Assembly (NCBI GenBank): GCA_963422375.2
Contig: OY729428.2
Span: forward strand, 2,816,001 to 2,880,000
DNA: 64,000 nt
Origin: Bryobacterales bacterium
GTDB lineage: Bacteria; Acidobacteriota; Terriglobia; Bryobacterales; UBA6623
Direction of reading: 5' to 3'
The translations under genes were made by a program, and so were the position numbers. This document shows positions 20,009-32,195 of this stretch, in pieces; within the stretch, counting starts at the first letter, position 1; each line of letters opens with the position of its first letter. Under the pieces are notes generated by a model. It was not told the origin of the DNA, did not search any database, and saw only the letters and a list, made by a program, of their open reading frames with translations.

Positions 20009-20818
20009 ATGACTCAGCGGGAACGCGCCGCCCTGGCTGGAGAGATCGCGGCGGCGGTCCAGAGCGGCGAGGCGCCGCACTCCTGCAGCTGCGGCAGCGG
20101 GGGGGGGCCGCCGGTCGTCCCGGAGGCGCCTTGGAACGGCCTGGCCGGGCGGCTCGACCTGTGCCTGACAGGCCCCGGCACCGCCAGGCCCGAGGTTGAG
20201 GAGTTCCTGGCCGCGGCCCGCTCGGCACGCGTTCGATCCGCTTGCGTCCCTCCGCGCTGGCTCGCTCTCGCGGTCCGGGCGCTGCAGGACCGGCCCACCA
20301 AGGTAGCCTCGCTCGTCGGGTATCCCAGCGGCACCTCGCTCACGCCGGCAAAGTGCTCCGAGGCCGAATGCCTGCTTCGGATGGGAGCCGACGAGCTGTG
20401 GATGGTAGCCGACATCGGCGGTCTCCGGTCCGGGGATCTCGACTCGGCGTACATCGACATCAAGGCGGTCGCGGACGTGGCCGCCTGCCGCGCCGTCCCG
20501 GTGAACGTCGTTCTCGAGCTACCGCTGCTGCGCGGCCGGCAGAGGGTCGAAGCCTGCGTCGTGGCCAAGCTTGCCGGAGCTGCCGCCGTGGTATCGGCCA
20601 CGGGCTGCGGCGGCTCGCTCGCCGACGCCTCGCACGTCGAGCTGATGCGTCGCACGGTAGGAGGCGACCTGGACATCGTGGCGGCGGGCGGGATTCGCAC
20701 CGCGGCCGCAGCGAATCGCATGCTCGCCGCCGGAGCGACGCGCGTCGGAGCGAGCCACCAAGCGGCGCGGCGGGCCCCTAGCGAGGCGGGAAGGGCCCCG
20801 ACAACGGTGATAAGCTGA
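20009..20818 (+). CDS. DeoC (deoxyribose-phosphate aldolase)-like protein lacking catalytic residues
   Basis: DeoC-like backbone (VGYPSG, GADEL.MV, AGGIRT, AGATRVGAS) with the conserved Asp and Lys residues substituted. Confidence 0.8.
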   Translation: MTQRERAALAGEIAAAVQSGEAPHSCSCGSGGGPPVVPEAPWNGLAGRLDLCLTGPGTARPEVEEFLAAARSARVRSACVPPRWLALAVRALQDRPTKVASLVGYPSGTSLTPAKCSEAECLLRMGADELWMVADIGGLRSGDLDSAYIDIKAVADVAACRAVPVNVVLELPLLRGRQRVEACVVAKLAGAAAVVSATGCGGSLADASHVELMRRTVGGDLDIVAAGGIRTAAAANRMLAAGATRVGASHQAARRAPSEAGRAPTTVIS

Positions 20819-20974
20819 GGGAGAGTCGGCGATTCTTGCGCACCGCAGGCCACCCCAGCCCGATGTCGACAGCCCCCGCGGGGCAGGCAGGCGTCGTTCG
20901 AAGGCGGCGGTTCCCCGCCCTCCCGCCAAGCGACGGGCCGAAGAACCGAGCAATTCCGGATCCACGGTGCGAAC

Positions 20975-22735
20975 ATGGCCGGCCAAGACCCGCTCAGTGC
21001 AACCGCCCCCGCGGTGGATGACCAAGCCGCCAAGATCGAGATCCTGCTAGAGGCGTCCGAGGCGGCCGCATCCCATACGCTCGACTTCGCCGCGCTCATG
21101 GACGCGCTGGCGAAGCTGGTCCGCAAGATCGTCGACTACGAAATGTACTCGGTCCTCGTGCCGGCCGAGAACGGGGCGCTCCGGATCGCCCATTCGGACG
21201 GATACCCGGACGACCTGGTGCGCAGCCTCCGCATCCCCGTAGGAGAGGGCCTCACGGGCAAGGCCGCGAGCTCGCTCGCCACCGTGCGCAGCGACGACGT
21301 GCGCAGGGATCCCTGCTACCTGGGAGCCGTCGAGTCCGTGCGCAGCGAGCTGTCCGTACCCTTGGTCGCGCGCGGCCGGCTGGTCGCCGTGCTCGACCTG
21401 CAGTCGGCCTGCCCGAACGCCTTCGACGCGAGGGTGTCGGACCTCCTGGAGCTGGTGGCGTCGCGCTTCTCGCTGGCGATCGACGTCGCGCAGCTCTACC
21501 GGACGCTCCAAAGGCAGAACTCGATCCTGAGCACGCTGCGACGGATCGCCCAGGAGTTCTCGCATATCCTGCGTCTCGGGGATCTGCTCCAGGAGATCTC
21601 GACGGTAGTGCGCACGCTGATCCGCTACGACGTGCTGGCGATCTACCTCAAGGACCCGCAGCTGCCCGTTCTGCGGCATTACTTCGGCGTGAAGTTCGAG
21701 GAGCGGGTTCGCTGGACGGACATCGAGGTCGGCCGGGGCCTGGTGGGAACCGCCGCCGCGACACGCGAGGCGGTCCTGGTGGATGACACGAGCCTGGATC
21801 CGCGCTATATCGCCTCGACACCGGAAATCCGCTCGGAAGTCGCGGTCCCACTGATCCTGAAAAACGAGCTGGTCGGCGTGCTCGACCTGGAGTCTGCCCG
21901 CAAGTCCGGCTTCAGCCGGCAGGACGCCGACACGCTGCTCCTGCTGGCCCCGCAGATCGCGGCCGCGGTCGAGAACGCCCGCCTCTACGAGGAGGTGTCC
22001 CGTAGCGAGGCCCGGCTCGAACAGGATCTCGCAGCGGCTCGCGCCCTCCAGAGGCACATGCTGCCGCACGGGATTCTCAGCGCCCCGGGCACCGAGATCG
22101 CCGCGCGAAACGCACCGGTGGCGGTGGTTTCCGGGGATTTCTACGACTATTACGACCGCGGGCACTTGATCGGGATCCTCAACGGCGACGTCAGCGGCAA
22201 GGGAGCGGCGGCGGCCCTGTACGCCGCTCTGGCGAGCGGTCTGCTCCGCACGGCGGCGCGCTCGGGGCTCACGCCCGCCGAGACGTTCGCGCAGGTCAAC
22301 GACTCCCTCCTCGACCGGAAGATCGAGGCCCGCTTCCTAGCCGCCCATCTCTTCCAGTGGACGCCTTCGACGCGCCGACTGGTGCTGGCCGGAGCCGGCA
22401 TGCCCTTTCCCCACCTCTGCCGCAACGGCCGGGTGCGGGAGATCCGCCTGGAGGGCCTGCCTTTAGGCCTGTTCCGGTCCGCGCAGTACGACGAGGTGTC
22501 GCTGGAGCTGCAACCGGGAGACTTCGTGGTGTCCGTGTCCGACGGCATCGGCGAAAGCGCGAATCACGGCAACGAACCGTACGGCGACGAGCGTCTCCGG
22601 CGGGTCCTCGAAGCCTGTCGCGACGCATCCGCCGCGGCGATCCTGGAGCGCGTTTTCGACGATCTCGAGCGGTTCTCCGCGGGCTGCGCGCAAGTCGACG
22701 ACCGGACGGCCGTCGTCCTGCGCGTCACGCCGTGA
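20975..22735 (+). CDS. GAF-GAF-PP2C/SpoIIE (RsbU-like) serine phosphatase
   Basis: Two GAF domains (RSELSVPL, RSEVAVPL); SGDFYD, GDVSGKG, SDG, DDRT. Confidence 0.92.
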   Translation: MAGQDPLSATAPAVDDQAAKIEILLEASEAAASHTLDFAALMDALAKLVRKIVDYEMYSVLVPAENGALRIAHSDGYPDDLVRSLRIPVGEGLTGKAASSLATVRSDDVRRDPCYLGAVESVRSELSVPLVARGRLVAVLDLQSACPNAFDARVSDLLELVASRFSLAIDVAQLYRTLQRQNSILSTLRRIAQEFSHILRLGDLLQEISTVVRTLIRYDVLAIYLKDPQLPVLRHYFGVKFEERVRWTDIEVGRGLVGTAAATREAVLVDDTSLDPRYIASTPEIRSEVAVPLILKNELVGVLDLESARKSGFSRQDADTLLLLAPQIAAAVENARLYEEVSRSEARLEQDLAAARALQRHMLPHGILSAPGTEIAARNAPVAVVSGDFYDYYDRGHLIGILNGDVSGKGAAAALYAALASGLLRTAARSGLTPAETFAQVNDSLLDRKIEARFLAAHLFQWTPSTRRLVLAGAGMPFPHLCRNGRVREIRLEGLPLGLFRSAQYDEVSLELQPGDFVVSVSDGIGESANHGNEPYGDERLRRVLEACRDASAAAILERVFDDLERFSAGCAQVDDRTAVVLRVTP

Positions 22736-22757
22736 TCCGAGAGCGGAACGCAAGTCC

Positions 22758-24032
22758 ATGCCACTCCAAGGATTCCGCTACGTCGAAGGCGCGCTGCTCT
22801 GCGAGAGCGTCGCCCTGAGCGACATCGCCTCGTTCGCCGGCACTCCCACCTACGTCTATTCCGCGCAGGCAATCCGAGAGAATTTCCGCCGCTATAAGGA
22901 ATCGCTGGCGAGCGTCCCGCACGAGATCCACTACGCGGTGAAGGCCAACTCGTCCCTAGCCGTGCTGGCCCTGCTGGCATCGGAGGGCGCCGGCTTCGAC
23001 ATCGTTTCCGGCGGGGAGCTGTACCGCGCGCTCCGTGCCGGCGGGGACCCGGCCAAGGTGGTCTACTCGGGCGTCGGCAAGACGGAAGCCGAGCTGCGCT
23101 ACGCGCTGCAGTGCCGCATCGGGGCGTTCCACTGCGAGTCGGCCCAGGAGCTGGACCTCCTGCGGGGCATCTGCCAGGCGACCGGGGCTTCGCCCGCGGT
23201 GGCCCTGCGCGTCAATCCCAATATCGACGCCATGACCCATCCGTACATCGCGACGGGCCTGAGCGAGCACAAGTTCGGCATCGCGATCGAGGAAGCGGAG
23301 TCGCTCTACCGGGACGCGCAGCGCTGGGCTCCGCTGCGCTTCACCAGCCTGAGCTGCCACATCGGCTCGCAGATCTTCGACATCGGCGTCTTCCGGGAAA
23401 CGGTTCGCCAGATGCTCGCGCTCGCCGCCCGCTTGCGCGACGCGGGAACCGCGATCCGCTCGATCGACCTGGGAGGGGGGCTGGCCGTCGGATACCTGGC
23501 CGACCAAGCCAGCGTGTCGATCCGGTCCTACGGGGAGATGCTCAGCGAAGCGCTGGGCGGCACGGGCTTTCGTCTCGGTCTCGAGCCGGGACGGTCGATC
23601 GTGGGGCAGGCCGGAGTGCTGCTGACCAAGGTGCTGTTCCGCAAGCCGACCGGGAGCAAGACGTTTCTGGTCGTGGACGGGGCGATGAACGATCTGATCC
23701 GTCCGGCGCTCTACAGCGCGCACCACGAGACGCTTCCGGTGCGCCGGACCGCCGGGCCCGCAACGAAGTGTGACGTCGTCGGGCCCATCTGCGAGAGCGG
23801 CGACTTCCTGGCGAGCGGGCGGGATCTGCCTCCGTGCGAGCAGGGCGACCTGCTGGCGGTCGCGACGGCGGGAGCCTACGGCTTCGTGCAATCGTCCAAC
23901 TACAACTCCCGCCCGCGCGCGGCGGAAGTGCTCGTGGACGGGCAGAGCTTCCGCGTCGCGCGGAGGCGCGAGACCTACGAGGACCTGGTGCGAGGCGAGA
24001 CAGCGGAGCGCGTCATTCCCGCGCGCCGTTGA
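22758..24032 (+). CDS. lysA: Diaminopimelate decarboxylase
   Basis: YAVKANS, HIGSQ, DLGGG, EPGRSIV, GPICESGD, GAYG, SNYNSRPR. Confidence 0.97.
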   Translation: MPLQGFRYVEGALLCESVALSDIASFAGTPTYVYSAQAIRENFRRYKESLASVPHEIHYAVKANSSLAVLALLASEGAGFDIVSGGELYRALRAGGDPAKVVYSGVGKTEAELRYALQCRIGAFHCESAQELDLLRGICQATGASPAVALRVNPNIDAMTHPYIATGLSEHKFGIAIEEAESLYRDAQRWAPLRFTSLSCHIGSQIFDIGVFRETVRQMLALAARLRDAGTAIRSIDLGGGLAVGYLADQASVSIRSYGEMLSEALGGTGFRLGLEPGRSIVGQAGVLLTKVLFRKPTGSKTFLVVDGAMNDLIRPALYSAHHETLPVRRTAGPATKCDVVGPICESGDFLASGRDLPPCEQGDLLAVATAGAYGFVQSSNYNSRPRAAEVLVDGQSFRVARRRETYEDLVRGETAERVIPARR

Positions 24033-24092
24033 TCCGGACTCCTCCAGCCCGCTCGACTTCCCGGCGGCGGTCTCCGAGTGCAGCTCGCGGCG

Positions 24093-27221
<3,129 letters not shown>

Positions 27222-27237
27222 CCGCGTCTCCCGCCGG

Positions 27238-28482
27238 CTAGTCGTACTCCCCGGCGAGGAACCACTCGCCCGTGGTTCTCTCGCAGCAGGCCCGGTACAG
27301 GCGCCGCTGGACCTCGACGTCCCATTCCTGGTACTGCCAGCCTTCCGGCGTCCACCACTCGCCCGAGACACGCCAGGGCCCGGCGCAGGCCGTCACGGGC
27401 CCGCGAGCCTCCCGCGCCTCGACACGGACGGGACGGCCGCCGCGCAGGGTCACCTCCGCTGGGCTCGACGGCCGGAAGCAGCGGAAGGCCAAGGAGCTCC
27501 TCGGAGGGACGGCCACCCGGAGAGAGCGCGGCTGCCGGCGTTCCCGCGAGAGTCCGGGCGAGCCCGGCGCAAGGCCGGTCCCGCACCCTGCCGCGGGCGG
27601 GCGGAACGCCGCCAGCGCCGCCGCGCCGGGCCGGTGCGTGTCCGGAACCACCGGCGCCCCGGCCCGCCCGTCCCCGACCAAGCAGGCCAGCCGCGCCAGC
27701 GTCACCGCCAGGGTCTCCGGATCCGGCAGGTCGGGCGGCGCGAACAGGGACGCCTGCACCCGCCGGCGCTCGGCTGGCTCGGCCGACACGCGCACGCCCT
27801 CGACCGAGCCGCCCGGGGGATGCGCTTACAGGTCGACCATCCGCCCGCGCGGCAAGGTCGCCAGATCGCCGATCTTGCGCACGCCCCAGCGCTCCAAGGT
27901 CGCTCGGTCCTTGCCGTCCAAGGGCAGCAAGTCGAGGGGCAGATCCTGCAGGAAGCCGGGCTCCTGCCCCGGGTACACGTGGGTCACGCCCGGCTGCGTG
28001 CGCGCCGCGCACAGGGCGACGAAGCGGTTGCAGGCGACGCCGACACTAGCGCGGAGTCCGAGCCGGGCGGCGCCCGCGACCAGGCCCGCGGCCGCGGCGT
28101 AGGGATCGTGCAAGCCCGCGAAGTCCAGCGCGAGCAGGCCGGGCGCGACCTCCTCGAATAGCGGCGTCGCCGTCTCGGCCAGCTTCAGCAGCCGGGCATG
28201 GGCCCTCCGCTCCGCCCCGACGTCGCGGTCGAGAACCAGCAGCGGCCGCTGCGCCCCGGCAACGGAATAGCGCGCCTGCGCAGCAGCCAGAACCATGCCC
28301 TCGCGCACTCCTAGCGACCTAACGCGCGCGTCGGCGGCGTAGACGAACCGGTTGGGCGGCTCGCCGCAAGCGACCGTCGTCGGCTGCGGCCGGCGCTCTC
28401 CCGCCTGCAGCACGGCGACGGGGAAGTCGGGCACGTGCAGCGCGGCGTACAGGCGGGCGGCACCGGAGGGCCGCGCTGTCAT
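27238..28482 (-). pseudogene. imuB: ImuB (Y-family polymerase-like) with in-frame stop and apparent internal deletion
   Basis: LYAALHVPDFP...ERWGVRKIGDLATLP, then TAA at 27826-27828, then in the same frame AHPP...VQASLF...GPWRVSGEWW...GEYD. The central region looks shorter than typical ImuB. Confidence 0.85.
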
Positions 28483-29201
28483 CTCGCTCTCCCCGGACGC
28501 AGGCCGCGCACTCTGTCCCGGACGATTTCCGCGCGAATGCCGATGCCTCCCAGCAGGCCGTCCCACTCGGTCCGCTCGCGGCGCAGCTCCAGCACCACGT
28601 CCGCAACGCTGCCGGCCACGTGCTTGGCGGCCAGCACGACCAGTGCCGCGGGCGTACCTTCCACGGCCTGCCTGAGCCGCGTCCACGTCCGCCGCTGCCA
28701 GTCGCCGAGCTGGCGGTCGGAAAGCCCTCCGAGGTCGACCGCGATCAAGCCGAAGCCGCCTGCCGAGACGACCAGGTTCGTCGCGGACCAAGCCTCGTCC
28801 GCAGGCGAGAGGCTCCGCGCTCCCGGGTCGCGACGGAGAGTCCCCGGATCGCCGCAGCGGACCCACAGCAGCCGCTCCAGCAGCACCCCGGCCTGCTCCG
28901 CCGAGCGGGGATCCAAGCAGTCGGTCGCGTCGACGTACGCGGCGATCTCGCTCGCTCGGGTCAGCCGGGCGAGAGCGGCCAGGACCAAGCCCGTGCGACC
29001 GGACGAGCACGGCCCGGTGACTTCGCTGATCGCGCCGCGGGGGAGACCGCCGCCGAGCCGGGCGTCCACGCTCTCGATCCCGCTCGGCACGGGGGGATGA
29101 CGGGGCTTGGCCCGTCCGGGAAGGGTCCGGCCGAACCCGCGCTTCCGGACCAGCTCCTCAATCACTCCGATGCTCTTGGGCAATGCGGCGGGACAAGACA
29201 T
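28479..29201 (-). CDS. imuA: ImuA / RecA-like protein
   Basis: SGIESVDARLGGGLPRGAISEVTGPCSSGRT; its stop overlaps the imuB start (ATGA). Confidence 0.85.
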   Translation of the reverse strand: MSCPAALPKSIGVIEELVRKRGFGRTLPGRAKPRHPPVPSGIESVDARLGGGLPRGAISEVTGPCSSGRTGLVLAALARLTRASEIAAYVDATDCLDPRSAEQAGVLLERLLWVRCGDPGTLRRDPGARSLSPADEAWSATNLVVSAGGFGLIAVDLGGLSDRQLGDWQRRTWTRLRQAVEGTPAALVVLAAKHVAGSVADVVLELRRERTEWDGLLGGIGIRAEIVRDRVRGLRPGRAR

Positions 29202-29240
29202 ATATTTGTATTTTCTTCGATTTTATATCATATTATAGCT
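29202..29240 (-). promoter_or_regulatory. AT-rich putative promoter/operator of the imuA-imuB-dnaE2 operon
   Basis: TATAAT on the minus strand at 29232-29237 in an AT-rich patch; CGAA-N7-CAAA between it and the start could be a degenerate operator. No clear -35. Confidence 0.35.
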
Positions 29241-29259
29241 CACTCTTGCGGGCAGGTTG

Positions 29260-29500
29260 TGCGCTGCGCACCGAGACCACCGTCAACGACACTCACGACT
29301 TCGGCATCGACCGGAGGCTGGGCACCCTAGACAGCATCGCGCCGATCAGCTGCGCAGTCGGCCGGGACCGACGGCCAGCGCGCGCCCTGCGCTTCGGGGA
29401 CGCCCGCGTGCTGCGCCCGGACCTGTCGGCGGCCTTCGCGGCCTGCCTCCACTCGGCACCCCTGCGCAAGGCCCTCGCACTCTTCGACCGCGAGACGAGC
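29260..29500 (+). pseudogene. Degraded mobile-element gene fragment (putative)
   Basis: LRTETTVNDTHDFGI..RL and RALRFGDARV resemble segments of IS-associated proteins. Family not identified. Confidence 0.3.
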
Positions 29501-29856
29501 AGCTTCGGGAGGGCCAGTCGATCGCCGCGTGGAACTCCGGTGTCAACGTTCCGCATCGACAAGCAATCTAGGTGCAGGAATACCGAGAAGCGGAAACGCG
29601 GGAGTCTTCACGCGACGCCTAGCTGGGCGCAAGCGTCTCGGAGAGGGATGCTGTCGCGATGGCGAGCTGGCAAGCTTTCGATGTCAGGCACAGCGCCAGC
29701 GCGGGGACCCTGTATTACTGGCTGTGTACAAGCTGGGCTAACCGAGAGCGGCTGCGGGAACCATCGCCTACCGCACAATTCCGACAAGCCCCGTGCGCGC
29801 TACCCGGGCACGGGGGCAGTGCCCCCGCCTGATCGAATCCAGTCGCCACGGCGGTC

Positions 29857-30014
29857 GCGCCTGCAACGGCCTTCGAGCCCGGGCAGGCCTACCAGACGTC
29901 GCAGGCGCTATGGGTTGTTTGTCCGGCCGCCTGCCGGAGCGGGATGAACCGCTTGGACACGGCGATGGCACGCGGGCGAGGTCCTTGAACCGCGCCCTCT
30001 GGCGCCGTCGTGTG
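29857..30014 (-). ncRNA. Structured spacer 3' of TR (part of the DGR RNA)
   Basis: Three stem-loops directly after the TR: 29974-29997, 29922-29938, and a 12-bp stem 29857-29868/29897-29908. Confidence 0.55.
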
Positions 30015-30136
30015 CTCAGCACGCGGAAGCCCAGGTTGCTGTTGCGGTTGCCGGGGCTGTTCCTGTTGCGGTTCGCCGACCGGCCGTTCTGCGGATGGTT
30101 GTTCCAGCTGCCGCCCCGATTGACCCGGTTGGAGCC
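30015..30136 (-). repeat. DGR template repeat (TR)
   Basis: Reads GSNRVNRGGSWNNHPQNGRSANRNRNSPGNRNSNLGFRVL with 11 AAY codons; matches VR-A and VR-B with mismatches concentrated at adenines. Confidence 0.97.
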
Positions 30137-30147
30137 TGCTACGGCGG

Positions 30148-31161
30148 TCACCCCAGATGCAAGGATACCTCGAACACCTGCCTGCGCGCCATGTGGCAGT
30201 CTGCGTGACTGACGTGCGCGACCATGCTACGCACGAACTGCGCGAGCTCGTCCTCGGAGATCTTTCCGTGTCGGTATGCCCTCTCCCGGCCTCGGACGCG
30301 ACGGCGCAACCGCGCCCATTGGCGGCCATCGAGCCTCAGCAAGACGGGAAAGACGCGGAAGCCGAGGAATGGAATCCCTTGGGTCACGGGAGCGAGCCTA
30401 GTGTGTTCCTCCCGCAGATCTAGTCGCAGCGTCTCCGACAGGAATTCCCGGACGGCAGCCAGAGCCTCGTGCAGCCGAGGCTTATCACGAGCGAAGACCG
30501 CGACATCGTCCATGTAGCGCACGTAGCCCGGCAGGCGCAGCCTGTCCTTGACGAAATGGTCCAACTCGCCCAGATACATGTTCGCGAAGTACTGGCTCGT
30601 GAGATTCCCGATGGGGACACCCTTCCCCGGCGCACATCCTGGAATCGGATGGTCGACTATCCCGTCGATGAGCGCTAGCAACGCCTTGTCCTTGACCTTG
30701 CGCCTCCACATCGCCTTGAGCACGTCGTGGTCAATCGTCTCGAAGTACTGGCGGACGTCGCAGAGTAGCGCGTAGGGGAATCGCCGCGCAAAGTGCTGCA
30801 CTCGACGCACGGCCGCGTGAGTGCCGCGGCTCCTTCGGCACGCACAACTGTCGTCGATCAGACCCTGCTCGACGATCGGATCGAGAACGTTGCAGAGAGA
30901 GTGGTGAACCACCCTGTCGCGGAAGTCCGCCGCGCAGATCTTGCGGGGCTTCGGCTCGCGGATCTCGAACACACGATACGGACGCATCCGGTAGCGGCCG
31001 GACTGCAGATCCTCCTGCAGCATGAGCAAGTTGGACTCCAAGTGGAACACGAACCTAGCAATGCCGACGTTCCCCTGCTTTCCCCGCCGTGCGGCATAAG
31101 CGGCATCCAGCAGGCTCCGATACTCGGTGACCTGCTCGAACAGGTGCCCGTGTCGTTTCAT
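30148..31161 (-). CDS. DGR reverse transcriptase
   Basis: FRDRVVHH, GTHAA, GVPIGNLTSQYFAN (SQ motif), YVRYMDD, FLGF; 337 aa with no maturase or endonuclease domain; flanked by avd and TR. Confidence 0.96.
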   Translation of the reverse strand: MKRHGHLFEQVTEYRSLLDAAYAARRGKQGNVGIARFVFHLESNLLMLQEDLQSGRYRMRPYRVFEIREPKPRKICAADFRDRVVHHSLCNVLDPIVEQGLIDDSCACRRSRGTHAAVRRVQHFARRFPYALLCDVRQYFETIDHDVLKAMWRRKVKDKALLALIDGIVDHPIPGCAPGKGVPIGNLTSQYFANMYLGELDHFVKDRLRLPGYVRYMDDVAVFARDKPRLHEALAAVREFLSETLRLDLREEHTRLAPVTQGIPFLGFRVFPVLLRLDGRQWARLRRRVRGRERAYRHGKISEDELAQFVRSMVAHVSHADCHMARRQVFEVSLHLG

Positions 31162-31511
31162 CGGCCCGCCTGCTGCTTGCGCCAGCCTCCGAGCATAGCG
31201 CCAACCTCGCTCATGCGGCGCATGGCGTACTCGCAGCGCGAGTGCGGGAAGTAGCCCACCACATGGCAGATCCGCAGCAAGATTCTCAGCTTCTCGAGAC
31301 GCAGGTTAGCACGCGCCAAGACCGGCTGCTTGGCGCGGGAATACCGCGCCTCGACCAAGTCCTCGGCCATATCGAGGGCTAGGTTGTCGATGCGGTTGGA
31401 AAAAGTGAAACGGACATGCTTAGGGAGCTTGGCGGTCGTCGGCAGCAACCAGTTCAGGAAATCCAGCCACGCAACGAAGACAGGCAGGTCCCCGTCTGAC
31501 CTCGTGCCCAT
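31158..31511 (-). CDS. avd: DGR accessory variability determinant (four-helix bundle)
   Basis: 117 aa; PKHVRFTFSNRIDN, LEKLRILLR, EVGAMLGGW; ATGA overlap with RT. Confidence 0.92.
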   Translation of the reverse strand: MGTRSDGDLPVFVAWLDFLNWLLPTTAKLPKHVRFTFSNRIDNLALDMAEDLVEARYSRAKQPVLARANLRLEKLRILLRICHVVGYFPHSRCEYAMRRMSEVGAMLGGWRKQQAGR

Positions 31512-31515
31512 GGAA

Positions 31516-32065
31516 CTAGGCCCCTTCCAAGAGGGGCGGTTTGGCCGGAGGAGCGGCCGGGCCGGTCATGTCCCGCTTGCCCTTGCTCGCGTTGCTACCG
31601 CTAGCGGACCGTAACCCAGAACTGGGGGGCATCGACAGCAGTTCCTACCCGTATTTTTCCAGCTTGGCCTTTCCGATGCCCTCGATCTCGCCCAGCTTGC
31701 CTAGGCTGCGCGGCCTAGCTTTGATCATCGCTACGAGCTGCTTGTTCGTGCAGATTAGGTAAGGCGGCACGCCATCTCTCTTGCTACGCTCCGCTCGCCA
31801 GTCGCGCAGCGCGTTGAAGAGCGGCATATCCGCGTCCTTTAGGTCGACCTGCCTCCCGTCGCTCGGGTCGCGAGCGCCTCGCCCGGGGGGAGGGGGGCTC
31901 CATCGCGTAGGTCACGACCGCCGCTAGATACGGAATGTCTTCGCGCATGAAGAAATGGTCGCGAATCGAAAGCACGTGCTTCCCCTTCAGGAAGTCGCAC
32001 AAAGGCTGGTCATTGAAGGCGTCAAGCACACGATCAAAACGCATTGTAATGATTCTGGCTAGCAT
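31516..32065 (-). pseudogene. HRDC-domain DGR accessory gene (frameshift plus nonsense codon)
   Basis: LFNALRDWRAERSKRDGVPPYLICTNKQL...IEGIGKAKLEKYG is an HRDC domain. Frame change near the C6-T-C6 tract (31885-31897); TAG at 31645-31647 with the frame continuing (ELL...) to a TAG 4 nt before avd. Confidence 0.85.
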
Positions 32066-32084
32066 TGTCCCTCTTCAATGGCCT

Positions 32085-32160
32085 GCGGCTTGGCTGCGGT
32101 CGTGCCGTTCGATGCGGCCTGCTTCGCGCCCGTCTCGTCGGCCCGCCTCCGCCAAGCCGC
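32085..32160 (-). repeat. Inverted repeat downstream of VR-A (candidate DGR homing hairpin)
   Basis: GCGGCTTGGC (32085-32094) / GCCAAGCCGC (32151-32160). Confidence 0.6.
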
Positions 32161-32195
32161 TTCTGCAAAGAGAAATAGAGTAACAGCGCAAAGGG

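Noticed and set aside
29768..30151. 127-aa ORF resembling an FGE C-terminus
   Set aside because: It is the translation of the TR plus spacer. The Asn-rich frame is the expected TR signature and is not evidence of a protein.
30148..31161. RT as a group II intron, retron or CRISPR-associated RT
   Set aside because: It is short, has the SQ motif, lacks maturase/endonuclease domains, and has avd and a TR/VR pair adjacent.
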